Source of the DNA: Candidatus Heimdallarchaeota archaeon
GTDB lineage: Archaea > Asgardarchaeota > Heimdallarchaeia > JABLTI01
Assembly: GCA_019056785.1 (NCBI GenBank)
Contig: DXJV01000005.1
Location: 1 to 64,000, forward strand
Length of the DNA stretch: 64,000 bases
Direction of reading: 5' to 3'
Positions 57,630-64,000 of the stretch are shown piece after piece. The translations under genes were made by a program, and so were the position numbers. How positions within the stretch are numbered: position 1 is the stretch's first letter; each line of letters opens with the position of its first letter. The notes under the pieces are model-generated. The model saw nothing but the letters and a program-made list of their open reading frames with translations. It did not search any database and was not told the DNA's origin.

Positions 57630-58676
57630 CTATCGCCTTTTCTTTCGCTTTTGTTTCTTTGTTTTTTCTTCCAATATTCTCTCCTCCTTAAGATAAGGGC
57701 AATTAACTTCATAAAGCGACCAAAGGCGTTCTAATTGATAGGCAATGTCTTCATTAGGTTTGCCCCCTTTCAATGAATAGAAACTACCATCATGAAGAGC
57801 ATAAAGAATGGCTAAAGCTTGTAAATTGTCAAATTGCAAGTAATTTGAATATCCTTTCTTTTCTTCCACAACACAAAGTTTTCGATAGTGCTTACAGGGT
57901 TTGGGACAATTAAGGCATTGAGTGATGTTAGCTTTGACTTGATTCCGGTAAAAATCAACCTCAAAAGTGAATTTTTTATCGTGGACAAGCACAATGCCAT
58001 CAGGTAATAATTCATACCCAATTTTCATAACTAAATTTTTGACCTTTTCAAAAGTATTCTTGTTAAAAATTTTGTAAATATTGGCTGGTTTGTTGCTGTT
58101 GGAAATGAAGGTATGATACTCCCCGGAAATAATATCTTGGGCAATTTTTTGACCGATGATTTCAAAAACCGAGGAAATTTCTTCCAGGGAATTAATTTTC
58201 TTATAGAAAATGTTCCTTGATTGATCAGAAACATTGAGGTTATTTATTGTTCGATTAACTACTTCTCTATTGAAATTTTGCTCTTGGTTCATAGCTACAA
58301 AAGTGATGGGAATTCCTTTTGGGGCAATGCTTGCTAATCCTCTGACCAATTCAATATCCGAGGGGTTTTTTGTGACGATAATTGAATGGCAAACCCCAGA
58401 GAAATATGCTGCACGAAAGAGGTCAAAACGGGCTTCATTATTTATCAACCAAATGGACATGCATAAAGTGCCTAAACGTGTTTGAACTTTTGAAATTACA
58501 GGGTACATTCCAATAGTGTTTAAACAATTAACGTTGATGGCAGATTCTGACCAATTTCTTAATTGTTGGGCAAGTGTTTTAATGTCATCTGAAAAAAGTA
58601 GCAATTTGCTAAGATAAATGTTTGGGGTTGTTTCTATTTCATTCTCTTCTGAGAAGCCTCTTCCAGATAAACTCAA
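57630..58676 (-). CDS. Degenerate Rab-like pseudo-GTPase with C-terminal Cys cluster
   Basis: KLLLFSD, TIG, SIWLINNEARFDLFRAAYFSG parallel Rab motifs but lack GKT/DxxG; CLNCPKPC...LC. Confidence 0.65.
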   Translation of the reverse strand: MSLSGRGFSEENEIETTPNIYLSKLLLFSDDIKTLAQQLRNWSESAINVNCLNTIGMYPVISKVQTRLGTLCMSIWLINNEARFDLFRAAYFSGVCHSIIVTKNPSDIELVRGLASIAPKGIPITFVAMNQEQNFNREVVNRTINNLNVSDQSRNIFYKKINSLEEISSVFEIIGQKIAQDIISGEYHTFISNSNKPANIYKIFNKNTFEKVKNLVMKIGYELLPDGIVLVHDKKFTFEVDFYRNQVKANITQCLNCPKPCKHYRKLCVVEEKKGYSNYLQFDNLQALAILYALHDGSFYSLKGGKPNEDIAYQLERLWSLYEVNCPYLKEERILEEKTKKQKRKKRR

Positions 58677-58909
58677 TTAATTGCCCTCAATATACTTACT
58701 AAGTATTGTTGAATATATGAATTGAATTACCATTACTTTCGATTATAATTTTATTTATTGTTCTATCTTATAAATAAGTTATGTTTTACAAAAAGAAATG
58801 CAATAAATGTGCTCGAGAATGGTATAATTTGGTTAATGAACTATCTTTTTTATCAAAAGACTTTTTAATATAGGACTCACAAATGATTTAATGAAAAATA
58901 AAAAGGATT

Positions 58910-59305
58910 GTGAAAAATTTAAGTCAAAGAAAACCAAAACCTAAGAAAGGACAAAAAAGATCCTATCGCTCACGCCAAGAACAAGGCACCTCCTTCCAAA
59001 TTACCGGTGCAGATGGGCAACCAGAGCACATACGAGTGAGATTGCCAAAAGAGGGCGAAGTTTTGGGTATTGTAACACAAATTCTTGGAGCCGACAGAAT
59101 AAAAGTCAGATGCACAGATGGAAAAACGCGAACAGTGCGCATTCCTGGAAAGCATCGCAAACGTCTGTGGATCAGACAAAACGATGTAGTTAGTGTGATG
59201 CCGTGGTACGGCTTACAAGAAGATACTCGTGCAGATTTAGTTTATCGTTATAATCGAAATCAAGCAAATTGGTTAGAAGATAAGGGCTATATCTCTTTAG
59301 ATTAA
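58910..59305 (+). CDS. eif1a: Translation initiation factor aIF-1A
   Basis: RVRLPKEGEVLG.V..ILG...V.CTDGKTR..RIPGK..KRLWI..NDVV.V.PW. Confidence 0.96.
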   Translation: MKNLSQRKPKPKKGQKRSYRSRQEQGTSFQITGADGQPEHIRVRLPKEGEVLGIVTQILGADRIKVRCTDGKTRTVRIPGKHRKRLWIRQNDVVSVMPWYGLQEDTRADLVYRYNRNQANWLEDKGYISLD

Positions 59306-59367
59306 ACTAGTTATTGTTAGAAACAACAATTAATGGTCTCGAGTTTTCACTTTGCGTGTAAAGTACA

Positions 59368-60291
59368 TTGCTTGCATATGACAGGAGGAGTAGCAATTTG
59401 ACAAAAAAACGAAAGCGGGCAAAAGCACCACCATCTGATGAGCTAGAAGAGGATTTTTTGGGTTTCGAAGACAATGCTGCAATAGATAAACAGCTGAAGG
59501 ACATCGACCGGTTAGAAGTAGAACGGATTGACGAGAAAAAACAGAAGTTAAAAGATAGCGATGAGCAAAAAGTTGCTGAGTCGGTTTTAGACGTTGAAAC
59601 ACGAACAACACTATTCAAGATGCGCCAGAAAAATGTTTTTGAAACGATGACGGGTGTTATTTCGACTGGAAAAGAAGCTAATGTATATCATGCCTATACA
59701 GCTGATGGCTCTGAAGTTGCAATTAAAGTCTACCGCACTTCCACGAATATTTTCAAAGGGCTTCAAATGTATATTTTGGGAGATCCACGGTTTGCAAAAA
59801 TAAAACGTGACCAACGCTCGTTTGTCTACGCTTGGGCAAAAAAAGAGTTTAAAAATCTCTCGCGAGCATACAAAGCCTCTGTGTCTGTACCAATACCGGT
59901 TATCTGTGTCAAAGATGTTGTTGTCATGGAATTTATTGGCAAAAATGGCATTCCATATCCACTTCTTAAAGATGAACTAATTCGAAAAGCAGAGAAAGTT
60001 TACAAAGAAGTGCTGGAAAACATCAAAAAACTCTATCATAAGGCAAGACTGGTTCATGCAGATCTTTCGGAATACAATATAATTTATACGCCAAAAATTT
60101 ATTTTATTGATATTTCACAAGCAGTGCTTTTGGAGCATCCCTTATCCCTGACTTTTCTCTATAGAGACATTAAGAATGTTAATCACTTTTTCCAAGCACT
60201 TGATGTACCAATAATTGAAAATGATGCATTTTTTGAAGAAATTGTTGGAGAACCTCCCTCACCACGCATCAAATCTTTCATAATTAAATAA
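59368..60291 (+). CDS. rio1: RIO1 serine kinase/ATPase
   Basis: ISTGKEANVY, AIKVY, YILGDPRF, WAKKEFKNL, HADLSEYNI, IDISQAV; start possibly TTG 59398. Confidence 0.96.
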   Translation: MLAYDRRSSNLTKKRKRAKAPPSDELEEDFLGFEDNAAIDKQLKDIDRLEVERIDEKKQKLKDSDEQKVAESVLDVETRTTLFKMRQKNVFETMTGVISTGKEANVYHAYTADGSEVAIKVYRTSTNIFKGLQMYILGDPRFAKIKRDQRSFVYAWAKKEFKNLSRAYKASVSVPIPVICVKDVVVMEFIGKNGIPYPLLKDELIRKAEKVYKEVLENIKKLYHKARLVHADLSEYNIIYTPKIYFIDISQAVLLEHPLSLTFLYRDIKNVNHFFQALDVPIIENDAFFEEIVGEPPSPRIKSFIIK

Positions 60292-60373
60292 ACTTGAAAA
60301 CAATTAAGTGATAGTGATACAAAATCATTAAAAATAGAAAAATGAAAAAAGGTTTGACTGGAGGAAAAAGCTG

Positions 60374-61033
60374 TTGGACTTTCACGAAGAAGAAGAAGAA
60401 TTCACAGACCAAGAAGCATTAGATGATGAAGAATTTACAGAGGAAGATATAAGTCGGTTTCTAGTAACAATCCCTCACAATCGAATTGGCGCATTAATCG
60501 GTCCGAAGGGACGTGTAAAATCCCGTTTGGAAAAACTAACAGGTGTTGATATTGAGATTGACAGTTCCTCAGGTGAGGTGCTCATTAGTTCAACAGCAAA
60601 TTTGAAGGATCCTTTTCTCATTTTTAAAGCGAGAGACTTTGTGCAAGCAGTAGGTCGAGGATTTAACCCAGAAGCGGCTTTTACTCTCTTAGATGATGAC
60701 ATTTATCTCGAGATTATTAATTTAAAATATCTTCTAGGAAATAATCCAAACAAGTTACGACGTTTTAGAGGGAGAATAATCGGACGGGAAGGGAAAACGC
60801 GACAAATTATTGAAGAAACAACTGGTACCAAAATTTCTGTCTTTGGGAATACCGTAGGTATAATCGGGACACATGACCGGTTGCGAGTGGCGAAAGAAGC
60901 AATAGAGATGCTTATTGGTGGCTCAAAGCATGGCACTGTCTATTCTTACCTCGAGGAGAAAGCACAAACATTCAAATTAAGTTCTCGTGAGTTGTGGGAA
61001 AAAGCTTCGAAGGATGCCAGAAAACCATTCTAA
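60374..61033 (+). CDS. KH-domain ribosome biogenesis protein Dim2/Pno1
   Basis: RIGALIGPKG, AVGRGF.PE.A, GRIIGREGKTR, GSKHGTVY; conserved aIF1A-RIO1-KH cluster. Confidence 0.93.
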   Translation: MDFHEEEEEFTDQEALDDEEFTEEDISRFLVTIPHNRIGALIGPKGRVKSRLEKLTGVDIEIDSSSGEVLISSTANLKDPFLIFKARDFVQAVGRGFNPEAAFTLLDDDIYLEIINLKYLLGNNPNKLRRFRGRIIGREGKTRQIIEETTGTKISVFGNTVGIIGTHDRLRVAKEAIEMLIGGSKHGTVYSYLEEKAQTFKLSSRELWEKASKDARKPF

Positions 61034-61049
61034 GACTAAAGTGTTGAAA

Positions 61050-62261
61050 ATGCCGTTAAAAATACGACAAGCAGTAAAAAGTGATTTCGAAAAAATTCAT
61101 GAATTAACTGCTTATTGTTATGGATTGGACCCTGCAGCTTATAGAGAGCGTTTTGCAAGAAAATGGCAGTTGACTTTTCAAGAAAATTATCTTGTTGAAT
61201 TGGACAGGCATGTTGTAGCAAATGCGCGGTTAATTCCCTATGAGCAAAACATTCGCGGCGTCTGGAAGAAAATGGGCGGCGTTGGAATGGTCGTGAGCGA
61301 ACCTTCCACCCGACGAAAGGGGCATGTTCGAAAATTAATGGTCTATCTTCTCGAAAAAATGGCTGCGGAAAATTATGCCATTTCTTGTCTTTATCCTTTC
61401 AAAGATACTTTTTATTCCGCCTTTAATTATACAAATATTACCGCTAATCAATTTATCAAGTTTAACCCCAAATTTCTAAAACGCTGGGAAAACTTGCCAA
61501 AAGGTTACAGCCTTAAACGATTCTCGCATTCTGAAGGGTTTGTTTTTTTAAAAAGCCTCTATGAAAAGGCAATGGCAAAAATACATGGTGGTGTTAAACG
61601 AGGAGAAAATCAATGGGCAACGCAGAATTTTCCCAACTCCCTCTCTTATGTCGTTTGTTTTAATCCAAATGGTGTGGCCGAAGGTATTTTGCGGGCCATT
61701 CCTCAGGGTTTTTCTAAAGGATTTGATTGGGCAGAAACAGGTCAACTTGAAATCAAGGACTTCTTTTCTTTAACGCCAAAAGCAAAACAAGCATTGTTGC
61801 ATTTTCTCTACCTCCATACAGATCAAATTATTGAAGCACTTTTACCAATCAATCCACAAGAGTCAGAACTCTACCCTTGGTTACATGATTATTATCTTAC
61901 CACTATTAAAACAACCAATATTTGGCAAGCAAGAATTATAAATATTCAATTGTCTTTGGAAAATCTTCCGGTGCCATGCGAAGGGGAGACAATCATCCGG
62001 GTTAGAGATCCATTACTCCCAGCTAATGATGCATCTTATCTTCTAGTATCAAAAAATCGAAAACTAACTGTCCAACAAACTGAAGGGCAGAAAGCCGACT
62101 TTGAGTTTTCGATTGAAGGACTGACAGCATTACTTTATGGAATTTTGAGCCCGGCAGAACTCGAGGCATTTGGTTGGTTGAAAATTCTAACCGTTCAAAA
62201 GACACCCCTCCTTACTACTTGGTTTCCGAGAGTCTCCCCATTTATGAGTGAAGAATTCTAA
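61050..62261 (+). CDS. Eis-like GNAT acetyltransferase
   Basis: GGVGMVV..P..RRKG (acetyl-CoA motif A), LYPF...FY..F.Y, C-terminal SCP2-like domain ending EEF. Confidence 0.88.
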   Translation: MPLKIRQAVKSDFEKIHELTAYCYGLDPAAYRERFARKWQLTFQENYLVELDRHVVANARLIPYEQNIRGVWKKMGGVGMVVSEPSTRRKGHVRKLMVYLLEKMAAENYAISCLYPFKDTFYSAFNYTNITANQFIKFNPKFLKRWENLPKGYSLKRFSHSEGFVFLKSLYEKAMAKIHGGVKRGENQWATQNFPNSLSYVVCFNPNGVAEGILRAIPQGFSKGFDWAETGQLEIKDFFSLTPKAKQALLHFLYLHTDQIIEALLPINPQESELYPWLHDYYLTTIKTTNIWQARIINIQLSLENLPVPCEGETIIRVRDPLLPANDASYLLVSKNRKLTVQQTEGQKADFEFSIEGLTALLYGILSPAELEAFGWLKILTVQKTPLLTTWFPRVSPFMSEEF

Positions 62262-62297
62262 GAAGCATGTATAGGGATAAAGTTTTTTCTGTTTTTT

Positions 62298-63455
62298 TTA
62301 ATTGTTAGCGGAAAAAAGAAGAGCGTTTTGAAATCGTTCTTTAATCTGGCGGGCAGTGTAAGGGATGTTTTTGACATTCGCATTTTCTGGTTTTACAATG
62401 ATTTGCAACAATCGAGGACCTTTTGGAAGCGTTCGTAACCCCCGGAGAATCTCTTCCGGAAGGTCCGCTTTCAGCGTGTTTTTTATGCCGTAAACACGAG
62501 CAAGAAATTCCAAATCTACTTGTTTGTAGGCAATTGTCAGTTGATTCCCAGTCGAGCCACATGTCCCATTATCCATTAAGAGGATTGTTAAATTCTGGCA
62601 TCTGTCACCGACCTGTGAAATTGTCCCGAGAATATTTGGGTTTGTCAAAAGGCTTGCATCACCATCAATAACGAAAACATCTTTCTCTGTACAAAGCGCT
62701 ACCCCAAGACCAATGGCAGAAGCCATGCCGAAACTACCAAGCATATAGAAATTGCTGGGTTGATCAAGGATGTCAAAAAGCTCTTTGCTGGGAATGCCAA
62801 TATTACTAATAACGATTTTATCTTGAATTTCACCGGACAAGATTTCAATAGCTTGATATCTTGTCAAAGTTGGCTTTGAAAGGATCGCTTCTGTTAATCC
62901 AATGTTGAAATAAATACTCCTCTCTGGAAAAGGACTCTTGATTATTGGTTCTTCTTCCTTAAACTTGCTTTTTTCCCAGAATTCAGGCGAAATTAGGATC
63001 GCAGTTGGAAGGCTCTTTTCGTAGCAGGTCTTCAAAGCTTGTTCGATTTGCATAACATCCGTAGCTTTATGGATTTCTACAAATGGGATTTTTGCGGCCT
63101 TTAAAATTGCTGGTAAATACTTTCCCATAGGTATTTGAGCTTCGATGCCTTCTTTATATATCCCCCGCCAGGAAATAATGATCGGGATGGGAATATGATA
63201 TACCATTGCCAGAGAAAGAAGAGCATTTAAGGAGTTGCCAATACCACCGCTTTGAATCATCAAAATACTTCGTTTTCCAGCCAGATGAATTCCCGTTGCA
63301 ATCCCAATACCTTCTTCTTCCCGCGAGAGGGGAATGTGGGTAAATGATTCTGCCGCCAAATAAATTAACCGTTTTATCTTTGCGCAGGGAAGCGTTAAAG
63401 CGAAGTCGATATTAAAACTCTTGATAAGTTCAATGGTCTTTTTCTCCAAGTCCAT
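62298..63455 (-). CDS. comDE: Fused sulfopyruvate decarboxylase alpha/beta (ComDE)
   Basis: TLPC, SREEEG.GI..G, QS.G.GN..NAL.SL, SWRG.YKEGIEAQ.P.G, NFYMLGS.G.AS.IGLG, TPP motif DGDASLL...DNG..GSTG.Q. Confidence 0.85.
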   Translation of the reverse strand: MDLEKKTIELIKSFNIDFALTLPCAKIKRLIYLAAESFTHIPLSREEEGIGIATGIHLAGKRSILMIQSGGIGNSLNALLSLAMVYHIPIPIIISWRGIYKEGIEAQIPMGKYLPAILKAAKIPFVEIHKATDVMQIEQALKTCYEKSLPTAILISPEFWEKSKFKEEEPIIKSPFPERSIYFNIGLTEAILSKPTLTRYQAIEILSGEIQDKIVISNIGIPSKELFDILDQPSNFYMLGSFGMASAIGLGVALCTEKDVFVIDGDASLLTNPNILGTISQVGDRCQNLTILLMDNGTCGSTGNQLTIAYKQVDLEFLARVYGIKNTLKADLPEEILRGLRTLPKGPRLLQIIVKPENANVKNIPYTARQIKERFQNALLFSANN

Positions 63456-63527
63456 ATTATCATCTCTTCGAAAGGGGTATTAGTCTTTTGTTGGCTGTAA
63501 GTAATATAAAAATAGGAATTGTTGGTT

Positions 63528-63998
63528 TTATAACTTTCCAGCTTTTTGTAATTCTTTGATTTCTTTAAATTTCTCAGGAAGGTATTCATCGACAACAAAG
63601 GTAAGGCTTTTTGAGGTCAATGATTGTTGTTCTGCCTTCTTTTTCAGTTTGATGAATTTCCTCAGCTCTTGCTGGAGATAGGGTGTTTGATAGCGGGGGT
63701 CTTTCAGCAATTGGAAGGTACGAGTAATGTCTCCTTTTGTGAAATGATCTGTTGGAAGATCATATTTCATTATATCACTTGCTGTGAGTCCCATCCAAAT
63801 TGCATCTGGTGTTGTCAAACCAACAAGGTGGGCGGCAGCAGCGCTACCCGAAGCAATAACATTATAGATATGTACTCCCCAAGGGTCGCCATCTACAAAA
63901 ACATAGACCGGTAAGTTTAATTCTTCATTTAGTCTTCTAATCAGCCTTCTTGTTCCTCTTGGTGCTTGTCCTGCGAGATGAATGAGAATAGCATTAAA
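63528..63998 (-). CDS. top6A: DNA topoisomerase VI subunit A (Spo11 homologue), 5' part outside window
   Basis: Minus frame from window end reads FNAILIHLAGQAPRGTRRLIRRL...VFVDGDPWGVHIY...GS (Toprim DxD)...KKAEQQSL...YLPEK. Confidence 0.94.
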   Translation of the reverse strand, partial: FNAILIHLAGQAPRGTRRLIRRLNEELNLPVYVFVDGDPWGVHIYNVIASGSAAAAHLVGLTTPDAIWMGLTASDIMKYDLPTDHFTKGDITRTFQLLKDPRYQTPYLQQELRKFIKLKKKAEQQSLTSKSLTFVVDEYLPEKFKEIKELQKAGKL

Positions 63999-64000
63999 TT

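Noticed and set aside
1-64000. CRISPR arrays, tRNA/rRNA genes, IS elements, integrases, proviruses
   Set aside because: Intergenic gaps are short and AT-rich with no repeat-spacer or cloverleaf patterns seen by eye, and no transposase, integrase or viral ORF was recognised; tRNAscan-SE/Infernal would be needed to exclude small RNAs.

Overview
AT-rich, gene-dense archaeal chromosomal segment. It is very probably from an Asgard archaeon (Heimdallarchaeia-like), inferred from archaeal housekeeping genes (RadA, Kae1, type II MAP, prefoldin beta, AdkA, aIF-1A/RIO1/Dim2, Top6A) occurring together with many eukaryotic-signature proteins. No rRNA, tRNA, CRISPR array or mobile element was recognised. 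Highlights: (1) an Arf-family GTPase lying co-directional with two paralogous coiled-coil/winged-helix genes and a longin-wHTH-DENN (folliculin/C9orf72-like) protein (7215-11203); (2) a gene pair encoding a cytosolic 7-repeat FG-GAP beta-propeller/Zn-ribbon/longin/wH protein (ITFG2/BBS2-like) and a ~2300-aa SNAP-like alpha-solenoid with PCI-like winged helices (38322-47523), a protocoatomer- or KICSTOR/GATOR-like arrangement; (3) a putative molybdenum/tungsten-cofactor ECF uptake operon preceded by a ModE-like box (11328-14775); (4) Rab-like GTPases, including a thioredoxin-fold fusion and a degenerate pseudo-GTPase; (5) a methanogen-type fused ComDE; (6) an O2-detoxification cluster (PDO, FprA, Dfx, Rbr). 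An in-frame TAG interrupts the malic enzyme at the left window edge. All family assignments come from motif recognition by eye and remembered family sequences; no database search was run.
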